Both the position numbers and the translations under genes were made by a program. Positions 1 to 9,570 of a stretch of 32,000 nucleotides of DNA are shown one piece after another (within the stretch, counting starts at the first letter, position 1; each line of letters begins with the position of its first letter). The notes beneath the pieces are model-generated. The model ran no database searches and was not told the DNA's origin. It was given only the letters and a program-made list of their open reading frames with translations. Source of the stretch: Candidatus Hermodarchaeota archaeon (GTDB lineage Archaea; Asgardarchaeota; Heimdallarchaeia; Hodarchaeales; Hodarchaeaceae); contig JBHLKY010000014.1 in the NCBI GenBank assembly GCA_048886185.1, positions 96,427-128,426 of the forward strand, read 5' to 3'.

Positions 1-318
1 AAAATCGCAAAGCAATTTGATTTTGATTATTGGATTGGAAATGAACTGATCCGACGTGATAATCGAATTACTGGAGAAGTTAAGGTGAAAATAGATTGGA
101 AAGAAAAGGGAGCTTTTCTGAAATCAATCCTTCGTGAACGATTTAAGGTACCCCCAGAAAATTCAATTGTTATCGGAGATTCAACAGCTGATATTGACAT
201 GTTCGATGTCGCAGGATTTTCAATCGCTATTGAACCCAGTTCTGAAAAAGTAGCTGAAGCTGCAGATAGGGTATGCCAGACTAAGAATTTGCTAGAAATA
301 ATTTCGTTTTTTCAATAA
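1..318 (+). CDS. HAD-superfamily phosphatase, phosphoserine phosphatase (SerB)-like; 5'-truncated by window edge
   Basis: Frame 1 is open from base 1 (KIAKQFDFDYWIGNELIRRDNRITGEVKVKID...). It has HAD motif III Lys (KEKG) and motif IV (IVIGDSTADIDM), and the N-x-L...ITGEV segment typical of SerB. Confidence 0.75.
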   Translation, partial: KIAKQFDFDYWIGNELIRRDNRITGEVKVKIDWKEKGAFLKSILRERFKVPPENSIVIGDSTADIDMFDVAGFSIAIEPSSEKVAEAADRVCQTKNLLEIISFFQ

Positions 319-613
319 TCTGACTCTTATTTTGAGGTATCAGATATAAAAACAGGGTCAACAAAAGATCAGGATTTTTTACCGAAATGATTTTTCCAGT
401 TGATTCCTATCAGATACGAGAAAAATATGAGGGTGAGATTCTTAGGAAGAAAAAATATATTTTAAAAATAGGGAAAGGATTAGTGAGCGCCTTACTATAT
501 AAGTAAAGAAAAAGGCCGATTTAAGTAAATATTAATTGATTTAATTATTCAAATTATGTTGAACTCTGATTTGAAATAAATAATGGAAAATCTGGTGATA
601 TGGAGAACCAATT

Positions 614-1567
614 ATGGTTGATAATCAGGTTTTAAAAATTTCCCATCTAGTTGCAATCCGTGATTTACTAGAACAAGATATCCTAAGAATTCTAGATTAT
701 GCTGAAACAATTAAACGAAATCCCCTAGATTTCCAAGATCGTCTAAAGGGAAAAATATTGGCCTTGGCTTTTTGGGAACCTAGCACACGAACTCGGTTAT
801 CTTTTGAAACAGCTATGTTAAGACTAGGAGGTAGTGTAACTGGATTTTCAAGCAGTGCAGGGACATCTCTTGAGAAAGGGGAATCGTTATCAGATACTAT
901 CACAATGTTGGCCAATTATTCAGATGGAATCGTAATTCGCCATCCACTACGAGGATCCGCTAAGTTAGCGGCTGAGATATCTCATAAATTTGGAGTTCCA
1001 GTCATCTCAGGCGGATCAGGGAGTCAAGAACATCCCACCCAGGCACTTCTTGACATCTTTACGATTCGTGAGTCTTTTGGCCGACTATCCGGATTGAATG
1101 TTGCTCTTATGGGAGATTTGCGATATAGCCGTACAATTTCATCTTTGTTGTTAGCATTAAGTAAGTTTGGAAAGAACACTATAAACCTTATTTCTCATCC
1201 CTCCTTACGTTTGCAAGAGGAGCTATTGGTGGATCTTAAGGAGACAAATTTAGAGTTAATTGAAAGAGAGAACCTCTCAGAAATTATTAGTGAACTTGAT
1301 GTACTTTATATGACCAGGTTACAAAAGGAAAGATTTCCAGATCCAATGCTTTATCAAAAAGTCAAAGGTGCTTTTCAATTAAATCCATCTTTAATTAAGT
1401 CTATTAAGGATAAATCCTTGATCTTGCATCCTTTACCGAGAGTGGACGAAATTCCGTTTGAAATTGACCTGTTCCCTCAAGCAAAGTACTTTACTCAAGC
1501 AAAGAATGGTGTTTTTGTTCGAATGGCGATTTTGGATCACCTATTGGGAGATGACTCTGTTGAATAA
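614..1567 (+). CDS. pyrB: Aspartate carbamoyltransferase catalytic subunit
   Basis: Motifs FWEPSTRTRLSFE, KGESLSDT, HPTQALLD, GDLRYSRT, TRLQKER and HPLPR; adjacent to pyrI. Confidence 0.97.
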   Translation: MVDNQVLKISHLVAIRDLLEQDILRILDYAETIKRNPLDFQDRLKGKILALAFWEPSTRTRLSFETAMLRLGGSVTGFSSSAGTSLEKGESLSDTITMLANYSDGIVIRHPLRGSAKLAAEISHKFGVPVISGGSGSQEHPTQALLDIFTIRESFGRLSGLNVALMGDLRYSRTISSLLLALSKFGKNTINLISHPSLRLQEELLVDLKETNLELIERENLSEIISELDVLYMTRLQKERFPDPMLYQKVKGAFQLNPSLIKSIKDKSLILHPLPRVDEIPFEIDLFPQAKYFTQAKNGVFVRMAILDHLLGDDSVE

Positions 1568-2051
1568 CAAAGAAGAAAAAATAGAAAGGGAGCTTATTGT
1601 AGCAAAAATCGATAACGGAATAGTAATTGATCACATTACGCCTCCTGGACGAGCTTTTTACGCGATGAAAGCATTAAAAATAGATGAAAACTTTCCTCAT
1701 TCAGTATTTGTTGCTATTAATCTTCCGTCACGAAAATTTGGTAGAAAAGACATCTTAAAGATTCGTAATATGAACAGGGAAGATTTAGACATTGAGAAAT
1801 TAAGTTTATTAATATCTGGAAGTAATATTGCATATATTAAAGACTATATGATAATAAAAAAGGAAAAAATAAAAGCACCAAGTAGAATCTCTGGTGTAAT
1901 AAAATGCCCAGGTTTGAATTGCATAACAAGCCAACATGAGGATGTTGAACCAGAATTTATTGTTTTAAGTGATCATCACCCAATAAATTTACGATGTGTA
2001 TATTGTGATGTAATTTTCAATGTACATGAGCATATCTCTTTAATGCTCTAA
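1551..2051 (+). CDS. pyrI: Aspartate carbamoyltransferase regulatory subunit
   Basis: IDNGIVIDHI, GRKDILKI and four Zn ligands (CPGLNC...CVYC). Start moved from the ORF-track 1458 to ATG 1551, overlapping the pyrB end. Confidence 0.93.
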   Translation: MTLLNNKEEKIERELIVAKIDNGIVIDHITPPGRAFYAMKALKIDENFPHSVFVAINLPSRKFGRKDILKIRNMNREDLDIEKLSLLISGSNIAYIKDYMIIKKEKIKAPSRISGVIKCPGLNCITSQHEDVEPEFIVLSDHHPINLRCVYCDVIFNVHEHISLML

Positions 2052-2053
2052 TT

Positions 2054-2992
2054 ATGATTATGAAAAATTTAGAAACTACAATTGGAACTGTTAAACTTCG
2101 AAATCCTATAATTCTAGCTTCTGGTATCTTAGGATCTACGTACTCGACTCTCAATCGATCTTTTTATGATGGGTTTGGGGCAGTTACTACTAAATCAATT
2201 GGAATGAAATTACGGAAAGGATACCCGAATCCCTCCGTCCTTTACATTCCTGAAATTCAATCTGTTATCAATGCAGTAGGCTTAGCTAATCCAGGATGCG
2301 ATAAATTTGGAAAAGAACTCTATAAAATTAAGGAGGATGTAAATCTAATCATTTCACTGTTCGGTTCGACAGCCGAGGAATTTACTGCTGTAATTAATTG
2401 CATTAGAAAACATAAGATAAATTCTAAACTAATCGCATTTGAATTAAATTTAAGTTGCCCTCATGGGGAAAAATTCGGTATGGCGGTTGGAACTGATCCT
2501 GGGATTGTCAAGAAAGTTGTAAAAAACGTTAAAAACACCACTAATGTTCCAATTTGGGCGAAACTAACGCCTAATATTTCTAATATTTCAATAATAGGAG
2601 AAGCTGCTATTTCGGAAGGAGTTGACGCCCTTGTAGCGATTAACACAGTCAAAGCTATGCTTATCGACGTTCAATCAAAGAAACCTGTTCTAGGGAATAT
2701 TAGAGGAGGGCTCTCTGGTAAGGCTATCAAACCAATTGGATTAAGAGCTATTTATGATCTATACGAAAAGCTAGGCCCAGAAGTACCTTTAATAGGATTG
2801 GGAGGAATTTCTAGCTGGGAAGATGTTGTAGAATATTTCTTAGCAGGAGCATGTGCAGTTCAGATAGGATCCGCCCTTTCTAATTATCCCTCACCCAAAA
2901 TATTAATCACACAATTACTTAAAGGTCTAGAAAAATATCTCATTAAGGAAGATTTATCCTTAGAAGAGCTAAGAGGATTAGCTCATGAATAA
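2054..2992 (+). CDS. pyrD: Dihydroorotate dehydrogenase, family 1B catalytic subunit
   Basis: NPIILASG, TTKSI, GLANPG, ELNLSCPH (catalytic Cys), KLTPN, AINTV, GGLSG; paired with pyrK. Confidence 0.95.
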   Translation: MIMKNLETTIGTVKLRNPIILASGILGSTYSTLNRSFYDGFGAVTTKSIGMKLRKGYPNPSVLYIPEIQSVINAVGLANPGCDKFGKELYKIKEDVNLIISLFGSTAEEFTAVINCIRKHKINSKLIAFELNLSCPHGEKFGMAVGTDPGIVKKVVKNVKNTTNVPIWAKLTPNISNISIIGEAAISEGVDALVAINTVKAMLIDVQSKKPVLGNIRGGLSGKAIKPIGLRAIYDLYEKLGPEVPLIGLGGISSWEDVVEYFLAGACAVQIGSALSNYPSPKILITQLLKGLEKYLIKEDLSLEELRGLAHE

Positions 2993-3839
2993 TGTCAATC
3001 GATATAGTCTCCCAATTTGCTTACCAATGTACAGAAAATACATGGAAAATGATAACACAGCAATTTGTACTTTTCTAATTCCTGAAAAAAATGAGATTGG
3101 AATCAGTCCGGGACAATATTTCATGTTATGGCTCCCTGGAAATGATGAAATTCCAATTGCTATTAATTACTATCAAAAGAATAAAATTACATTTGCTATT
3201 TGTGGAGTTGGATCCACTACAAATAAAATACTTCAATTAGAACAAAATTCTATTTTAGGGCTTAGAGGACCCTTTGGAAAAGGATTTATTCTTGATCATA
3301 ACAGGGATGCATTGATAATTGCTGGTGGTATAGGAATTGCACCCTTACGTTTTTTACTTCATCAAATTATCAAGAATACAGCTAAACCGAGAAAAATTGT
3401 ACTTTTATATGGAGCTAAGACTAAATCTGGCCTATTATTCAGAAAAGAGTTTGAGCAATTATTTATTAATGTAGATTTTTGCACAGAGGACGGATCTCAT
3501 GGTTTTTCTGGATTGGTTTCAGAGAAAATGGATAACTTCCTTCAAGATCCCTTAAATAAGCAGGCTGAATGGGAGATTTATTCTTGTGGACCAGAGTTAA
3601 TGCTTAAAAAAGTATTATCTATTGCTCAAAAACATGATCTAGAAAAAAATACCCAAATCTGCTTAGCGGACCGCTATATTAGATGTGGATTTGGAATTTG
3701 TGGCTCATGTTTTTTAGATGATGTAGGACTCAGCATTTGTCAAGATGGCCCAGTATTTCGTGGGGATGTCTTATTGCAAGTAAAGGATTTTGGAAAATTT
3801 GGAAGAAGTGCTGATGGGTCTAAATATCCATTCACATGA
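2985..3839 (+). CDS. pyrK: Dihydroorotate dehydrogenase electron transfer subunit (FAD, 2Fe-2S)
   Basis: PGQYFMLW, RGPFGKGF, IAGGIGIAP, YSCGPELM, and CGFGICGSC...CQDGPVF as 2Fe-2S ligands; overlaps the pyrD stop. Confidence 0.92.
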   Translation: MNNVNRYSLPICLPMYRKYMENDNTAICTFLIPEKNEIGISPGQYFMLWLPGNDEIPIAINYYQKNKITFAICGVGSTTNKILQLEQNSILGLRGPFGKGFILDHNRDALIIAGGIGIAPLRFLLHQIIKNTAKPRKIVLLYGAKTKSGLLFRKEFEQLFINVDFCTEDGSHGFSGLVSEKMDNFLQDPLNKQAEWEIYSCGPELMLKKVLSIAQKHDLEKNTQICLADRYIRCGFGICGSCFLDDVGLSICQDGPVFRGDVLLQVKDFGKFGRSADGSKYPFT

Positions 3840-3853
3840 GACTTTTCATGCTT

Positions 3854-5095
3854 TTAGAGATCGTTATAAGTAATTTTGCCCTTATTAATTGTCAAAACTG
3901 GCCATCCCTGTAATTCGACACCTTCCCAAGGACTCCATTTACATTTTGTCTTAAGATCGTCCCCCCGAACTTTTCTCTTCTTTTTTGGGTCAATTACGGT
4001 TAAATTTGCAGGTTCATCCACAGCAATTACCCCTTTTTCAGGTAAATTCATTAAATAGCGTGGATTTACAGCTAGCGCATTAATTATTAGACGTAATTTC
4101 CTCTTATCTAATGGTTTACATTGATTTAATAAAAGGGGAAGGCAAGTTTCTAGCCCAGGGATTCCAGCCAACTCAAAATCCTCCTTCTCTTGGATTGTAT
4201 GAGGAGCATGATCTGTACCAATGATATGGATCTCCCCTCGGAGAAATGAATCCAACAGTTTTTTTTGTTCTGTTTTTGATCTTAAAGGAGGATTCACCTT
4301 ACCCCTCACACCAAGTTGAGAAAAGTCATTATAATTCAATAGAAGATGATGTGGAGTCACTTCAAATGATATATGTCGTGAATGTAATAGATTAATTGAT
4401 TCTATTAGAGTGACATGAGCGATGTGTAATTTAACTTTACTTACTACATCTTTGGTTTTTTCTAAAAGGTTTTTTATTGCTAAAAATTCTGTTTGAGGAT
4501 CTCTTATCTTTATATGATTTTCTAGAGTGTCCTGATATAGCTTCAGATTCGCAATGATTCTTAAATTATCCTCACAATGAACAGTAAGGACTCCAGCTCC
4601 TCGATTCAATAAGTCATTAATATCAGTTAAATTAGTTAAATATTCGCCAGTCGTAATCCCAAGATAAGCTTTAAAATAAGGATAATCGTTTATGAGCGCT
4701 TCCTCTGTATTTTTTGTTAAAAGGGCAAAGGGGACAATTTTAACTTTATCAATTTGCTGAGTCTTTTCAACTGCCTTATTTAGCCTTTCAGAACAATCAA
4801 CTGGATGAAGTTTGTTGGGCATATCAAAAATAGTTGTAAATCCTCCTGATGCTGCAGCAAGAGCCCCTGTTTCATAAGTTTCCTTATGACTTTCTTCAAA
4901 ATCCCTTAAATGACTATGAATATCAACTAGACTTGGGATCACTAACTTGCCTTTTAAATCAATAATTTCATTTGAGGAACCAATTTCTGATAGTGATTGG
5001 GAGATCTTTTCAATTAAACCAGACTGTTCATTTACTAAGATATGTCCTTGAATTATTTGCTCGTAATACCATATGGAGGCGTTCTTTAAAAGCAA
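3854..5095 (-). CDS. pyrC: Dihydroorotase (type I, amidohydrolase fold)
   Basis: DIHSHLRD, AASGGFTT, DMPN, HCED, HIAH, EVTPHHL, NPPLR, GTDHAPH. TTG start lies 1 nt from the pyrF stop. Confidence 0.93.
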   Translation of the reverse strand: MLLKNASIWYYEQIIQGHILVNEQSGLIEKISQSLSEIGSSNEIIDLKGKLVIPSLVDIHSHLRDFEESHKETYETGALAAASGGFTTIFDMPNKLHPVDCSERLNKAVEKTQQIDKVKIVPFALLTKNTEEALINDYPYFKAYLGITTGEYLTNLTDINDLLNRGAGVLTVHCEDNLRIIANLKLYQDTLENHIKIRDPQTEFLAIKNLLEKTKDVVSKVKLHIAHVTLIESINLLHSRHISFEVTPHHLLLNYNDFSQLGVRGKVNPPLRSKTEQKKLLDSFLRGEIHIIGTDHAPHTIQEKEDFELAGIPGLETCLPLLLNQCKPLDKRKLRLIINALAVNPRYLMNLPEKGVIAVDEPANLTVIDPKKKRKVRGDDLKTKCKWSPWEGVELQGWPVLTINKGKITYNDL

Positions 5096-5096
5096 T

Positions 5097-5879
5097 TTAC
5101 ATACCCAACGAGATTGAAAAGGATTTCACAGATTTATTGTACTCTTTCAAGATCGCTACTGGATTTTGATTATAGATTATTGCGCGACCTATGTTGAATA
5201 TCACATCGTTCTTGAATATCTTCAATAATTTATCTATTTTCCCTCTTTGTGCCCCGAGTCCTGGAGATAACACAACTTTCTCAGAGATTTCGTCTGCGAT
5301 GATTCTTAATTCATTTTCCCCAATGTGACCTGTTGCTCCAACAACAATGCCATCAGCAAATTTGTTTGCTAAACGTGCAAAATGTTGATAAATTGGGATT
5401 CCATCTACAAAACTTCTCTTCATCCATTCTGCTTCTGGATTAGACATTAAAACTAGAATTATTGGAGATAATCCGTATAAATGCGATAAATTACCGATTT
5501 CCTCTACATTTCCAGGAAAAGGGCTTGCTGTGAAAGCATCAAAACCTTCCTGTTTACAATGATACAACATTTGCTCGTTTGAAGCTCCTATATCCGAGAT
5601 TTTATGATCAATAATTATGGGGCGACCAGATTCATGAACTTTTGATGTAATCATCTGTATCTGGGGTAATGATAGATCAAGTATATATTGACGGTTTACT
5701 TTGAAGGAACAGCAGTGAGGGTGAAGTTCTTCAATAAGTTTGAGAATTAATTCTGATTTTTCCTCCACTTTTTGGAGAGTATTTTCTGTTCGACTCCCGT
5801 AGGAAGCAAGATCCAACCCAACACAGATGCTACTTCTTGAGTCTTCTTTAGAATCAATTAATAGTTTTGAGAAGCTCAT
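5097..5879 (-). CDS. pyrF: Orotidine 5'-phosphate decarboxylase
   Basis: CVGLD, FKVN, DHKISDIG (DxKxxDI), MSNP, VVGAT, PGLGAQRG, NIGRAI. Confidence 0.9.
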   Translation of the reverse strand: MSFSKLLIDSKEDSRSSICVGLDLASYGSRTENTLQKVEEKSELILKLIEELHPHCCSFKVNRQYILDLSLPQIQMITSKVHESGRPIIIDHKISDIGASNEQMLYHCKQEGFDAFTASPFPGNVEEIGNLSHLYGLSPIILVLMSNPEAEWMKRSFVDGIPIYQHFARLANKFADGIVVGATGHIGENELRIIADEISEKVVLSPGLGAQRGKIDKLLKIFKNDVIFNIGRAIIYNQNPVAILKEYNKSVKSFSISLGM

Positions 5880-6020
5880 GATTCAGAAAAAATCTTTCAA
5901 CTTTAAAAATTTTAAAATAACTGTTGAATATTTTCAAAGAATGGTGCTAATTTCTAAACTCTTGTGTAAAAGTAACTACTATGAACCACAAACCAGATAC
6001 CAAAAAAAAGCTGAATTCTG

Positions 6021-6599
6021 ATGAATGCATTACCTTCAAATGTAAGAAAACAGGTAATTAATACGTTAAAAAAGATTAGTGTTCTAAAATATGGGCAATT
6101 TAAACTTAAGAATGGATCAATATCATCAGTATATATTGATTTACGAATATTACCGAATTTTCCCAAAGAATTTCAAAAAATTATTAAGATTTCAGCTGAT
6201 TTTATACAGAAGAATGAAAAAATTGGATTTTTCGATGCTATCATCGCACCCCCATTAGCAGGTGTCCCTTTGGGGGTAGCAATAGCTCTTGAATTGAAAA
6301 AAGAATTCTATCTGGCCCGATTGCAAATAAAAAATCATGGAACAAGGAAATTAATCGAAGGGAATGTTCAGAATAAACGTATTTTAATGGTGGATGACGT
6401 TATAACTTCAGGTGGAAGTAAAATTCCATTATTAGAATCTATTCGGAGTCATGGGGCCAAAATTGACTCAGTATTTGTTTTCATAAATAGAATGCCTGAT
6501 AAAAATAGTCTTGATGCATTTGAGCAAGATAATAATGTATCTCTCTCTTTTTTATTGTCATTGAACGATCTTCTTAATTCTACTGAAATTGATGTTTAA
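6021..6599 (+). CDS. pyrE: Orotate phosphoribosyltransferase
   Basis: GQFKLKNG, YIDLR, KNHGT loop and PRPP-binding motif VDDVITSGGS. Confidence 0.93.
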   Translation: MNALPSNVRKQVINTLKKISVLKYGQFKLKNGSISSVYIDLRILPNFPKEFQKIIKISADFIQKNEKIGFFDAIIAPPLAGVPLGVAIALELKKEFYLARLQIKNHGTRKLIEGNVQNKRILMVDDVITSGGSKIPLLESIRSHGAKIDSVFVFINRMPDKNSLDAFEQDNNVSLSFLLSLNDLLNSTEIDV

Positions 6600-6714
6600 A
6601 AAATTTGAGAAGGAACTTCGTCAAAGAATTATTATAATTGCTAAAGCTAGCTTTCTAAACATTTCATGTTATATTCATCCTGGAGCTATAGGAACTACTA
6701 GTTGTGTAAACTCC

Positions 6715-8442
6715 TTATCGAACGATTAGGGGAAGAATTAGATGAGAGGGATGCGTGGCGTTATGAAAAATGCAATTAATCGCTGGTCGATATTGATCGC
6801 TACTTTCACTAGCGATAATCCCACCTGTGTTGCTGTTACGGTCAAAACGCGGAAAATTACTGCTAGAAACCTCCAGGCGGATACAATGACCAGGTAGAAA
6901 CACATTTGCTGTAGCCCACAGGTTTAGCTGGAGTTTGTACACTTTACTCGGTTCAAGAAGTTCAGGATCGATGAATGAATTGCGATAGCGCGCTCGTAAG
7001 ATGCCCTCAGTCAGGATTATTGCCCGTCCATCGGGGTAGACATCTACCAGCTTACCCGTAAAATCTGTATCAGGTACCGAAGATGACACGAATAACCACA
7101 ACTCGATTGGGCCTATTACTTCGACAGCTTGCTCCAAGACTGGAGTGCTATATACTAGAACGTCATCGCGCAATTCAACTTCACGCTGGTCGCGAGGTCC
7201 AATAGCATTCCCACCAGGTAAGATAACCTGTCCCCCAACTGTAGGCACGGGACGTAGCGGGTTGTACAGGTACATGTCCGATGGTTCATTGCTTGGTAAT
7301 TCGGTTGAGAGTGAACCATCACCATGAAGTGTATTTGCTGTTCCATTACTATGCAGGTAAAAACGGTAGTATTGCGTTTTGGGTAGCGGCCAATCAGCCT
7401 CATGGTGCCATTTGTCAACACCCATCACAAAGATCATCACTGGTGGTTCTTGGTCTATACCATTGTCCACATTTTTCAACCAACGGTCGAACCAACGAAT
7501 ATGTATACCAGGTAGATCGATGGCAGCACTACTACTACCCCAACCAAATTCACGTTCTGGGAAGCTACCACTAAAGTTCATATGACTCCAAGGACCGATG
7601 ATCAATCGCTGATTCTGACGAGCCTTTTCCGTTCCGCCTCGCAACTTCATGCCCAAGTAATTCTGGATGGTGCTCCACAGAAAGATGTCGTACCAGCCAC
7701 TGATGTTGAGAGCAGGTACAATAATCTGCTCGTATCCAGCCGTGGGTGAAGAAGGTAACCAAAAGTCATCTGCAGTCGGATGAGCCAACCAATCAAGGTA
7801 GAAAGCTGCATACTTATGGATTAATGGATGTTTGGCGAGTGGGAGTTCAGTTAGTACCATATCCACGTCCAAAAGGATCTCACTATCTAATGACTTCTCA
7901 CCACGAGCTATACACCGCTCGATTTCTGTTGGAACGATATCTGCAACCACCCAGCGTAGATCATGAAGTACTTTAGCTCCACCTTGGTATGCGCAACCCT
8001 CATAGCTATCTGAGAAGGTGATCGATGGAGCTATTGCCCGTAACGTTGGAGGTTGTTTACGAGCAGGAAGCCACTGAGTACCACCCAGATAAGAGCCACC
8101 GAAAGTGCCTACTGTGCCATTTGACCAAGATTGAGCAGCTGCCCAAGCAAAAGTATCGAGACCGTCAGCTGTTTCTTGAATGTGTGGATTAAATATCCCT
8201 TCGGATGCATAACGTCCCCTTACATCCTGAGTCACTACCGTGTAACCATTTTGTACTCCCTGTAGAATATTGAAGATATCACCATTTATAACCACGTGGT
8301 CTTTGTTGTATGGTGTGCGAACAACCAACACAGGTGCTGGAGATGCACCCTCTAGCCGATAAACGTCAGTGGCGAGCTTTACCCTATCACGCATGGGAAC
8401 CATGATATTTTTTTTGATTATAATTTTTGTCATTAAGTTCAT
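6715..8442 (-). CDS. CocE/NonD family alpha/beta hydrolase (peptidase S15 / cocaine esterase-like)
   Basis: MVPMRD.VKLATDVY, RTPYNK, QDVRGRYASEG, nucleophile GGSYLG, GWYDIF (Asp), IGPWSH (His), and C-terminal DTDFTGKLVDVYPDG / SSSNFPRFDRN; no signal peptide. Confidence 0.93.
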   Translation of the reverse strand: MNLMTKIIIKKNIMVPMRDRVKLATDVYRLEGASPAPVLVVRTPYNKDHVVINGDIFNILQGVQNGYTVVTQDVRGRYASEGIFNPHIQETADGLDTFAWAAAQSWSNGTVGTFGGSYLGGTQWLPARKQPPTLRAIAPSITFSDSYEGCAYQGGAKVLHDLRWVVADIVPTEIERCIARGEKSLDSEILLDVDMVLTELPLAKHPLIHKYAAFYLDWLAHPTADDFWLPSSPTAGYEQIIVPALNISGWYDIFLWSTIQNYLGMKLRGGTEKARQNQRLIIGPWSHMNFSGSFPEREFGWGSSSAAIDLPGIHIRWFDRWLKNVDNGIDQEPPVMIFVMGVDKWHHEADWPLPKTQYYRFYLHSNGTANTLHGDGSLSTELPSNEPSDMYLYNPLRPVPTVGGQVILPGGNAIGPRDQREVELRDDVLVYSTPVLEQAVEVIGPIELWLFVSSSVPDTDFTGKLVDVYPDGRAIILTEGILRARYRNSFIDPELLEPSKVYKLQLNLWATANVFLPGHCIRLEVSSSNFPRFDRNSNTGGIIASESSDQYRPAINCIFHNATHPSHLILPLIVR

Positions 8443-8467
8443 CCTTTTTAATCAGTCCATTTACATA

Positions 8468-8490
8468 ATTATTCCCTCTTCGGGAATAAT
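8468..8490. promoter_or_regulatory. Perfect 9-bp inverted repeat ATTATTCCC-TCTTC-GGGAATAAT upstream of the CocE gene
   Basis: Read directly from the sequence. It extends to 8464-8493 with one bulge and lies about 25 nt upstream of the CocE ATG. Function (operator or hairpin) unknown. Confidence 0.45.
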
Positions 8491-8572
8491 ATGCAATTAA
8501 CGCTTTTTTCTCGTCTGATTTCACTGTTTTACACTTTTTTTCTCCTCTAATTATTACTACTTTTTGTCTATC

Positions 8573-8814
8573 TTAGAGCTCACTTACCCTAATGAGCGAT
8601 TTTATTGTTTGTCGTTCATCCATTGCAGTATAAGCTTCTGCAATATGGTCAAGATCCGTCTTTAGATCAAATACTTTACTGGGATTGATCGTACCTTTGA
8701 GTACATCTTCTAGTAATTCCAGCAAGTACGCTCGTGTAGGGGCGGAACCACCACGCATACCAACATTCCCAAAAATGTAGCATTTGCATCAATCTCAACA
8801 TTATCGCTCTTCGA
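8573..8814 (-). pseudogene. C-terminal remnant of a zinc-dependent alcohol dehydrogenase (MDR family)
   Basis: MRGGSAPTRAYLLELLEDVLKGTINPSKVFDL...AMDERQTIKSL matches MDR-type ADH C-termini. Upstream DNVEIDANAT is in another frame (one T short in the run at 8771-8775) and is preceded by a stop; about 260 N-terminal residues are absent. Confidence 0.7.
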
Positions 8815-8850
8815 TCACTATCTTACCCTTACCTCTGAATATTGCTACTT

Positions 8851-9255
8851 TCATTGATATTTCTCCTCTGTTACTGGTCCGTACCATTCGGCATTTCCTA
8901 AATTAGGATTCGTACTTATTCCAACATGAACAAACCAACTATCTTTTGATGCCCCATGCCAATGTTTCACATTTGGTGGTATTTTCACAACATCTCCTTC
9001 CTGAAGCGATTGTGCTGGTTTTCCTTCTTCTTGATAATATCCTTTACCTCCTGTTACAAGAAGAATTTGACCTCCTGGATGTGAATGCCATTTAGTTCTT
9101 GCTTTTGGTTCAAAGGTTACATTGTATACTGGACAATTAAAGAAATCTTCTGTCACTAACATTTGAACCCACACATTCCCTGTGAAATAGTCGCTTGTAG
9201 CTTTTTCTCCTTTGGGAAATATCACACTTTTATTCAAATCATTTATTTCATTCAT
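8851..9255 (-). CDS. Cupin domain protein
   Basis: YFTGNVWV, VTFEPKARTKWHSHPGGQILLVTGGKGYYQ, IPPNVKHWHGA: cupin motifs 1 and 2 with metal-binding His residues. Confidence 0.87.
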   Translation of the reverse strand: MNEINDLNKSVIFPKGEKATSDYFTGNVWVQMLVTEDFFNCPVYNVTFEPKARTKWHSHPGGQILLVTGGKGYYQEEGKPAQSLQEGDVVKIPPNVKHWHGASKDSWFVHVGISTNPNLGNAEWYGPVTEEKYQ

Positions 9256-9384
9256 TTATTGATTCTCCTGAAACAACTATATCTCCTTTACCCTTGAAAA
9301 TTGCTGCTTTCATTCTTCACTCTAACTCAGGTATGTTTTGAATATTTGCTGGAACTAAAATACATCTGGTTTGAGCGATTCAAC

Positions 9385-9570
9385 ATGATGGAAGAACTGA
9401 CGTTAAGAAATCTAACAAATAGTGAAAAAATATTTTACATAAAAAAAATTGAGAATTATGAAACTAAAGAGGAGAGGTTAGAATATCTAAGAGCAATGAA
9501 ATCTCAGCATAGGAATAATATGAGAATATGCGAAAAAAATCCCAGACATTTGTTAAAATGGAAAAACTAA
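9385..9570 (+). CDS. Small charged hypothetical protein (possibly the 5' half of a frameshifted gene continuing to 9686)
   Basis: ATG at 9385 within the ORF-track frame 9301..9570; E/K-rich; overlaps a -1 frame ORF at 9528..9686. Confidence 0.4.
   Translation: MMEELTLRNLTNSEKIFYIKKIENYETKEERLEYLRAMKSQHRNNMRICEKNPRHLLKWKN

Noticed and set aside
1458-1550. N-terminal extensions given by the ORF track (pyrI 1458, 9301, 9702, radA 15920, 21256, 27743)
   Set aside because: They overlap upstream genes or lack homolog-like sequence; downstream ATGs fit the family N-termini better.
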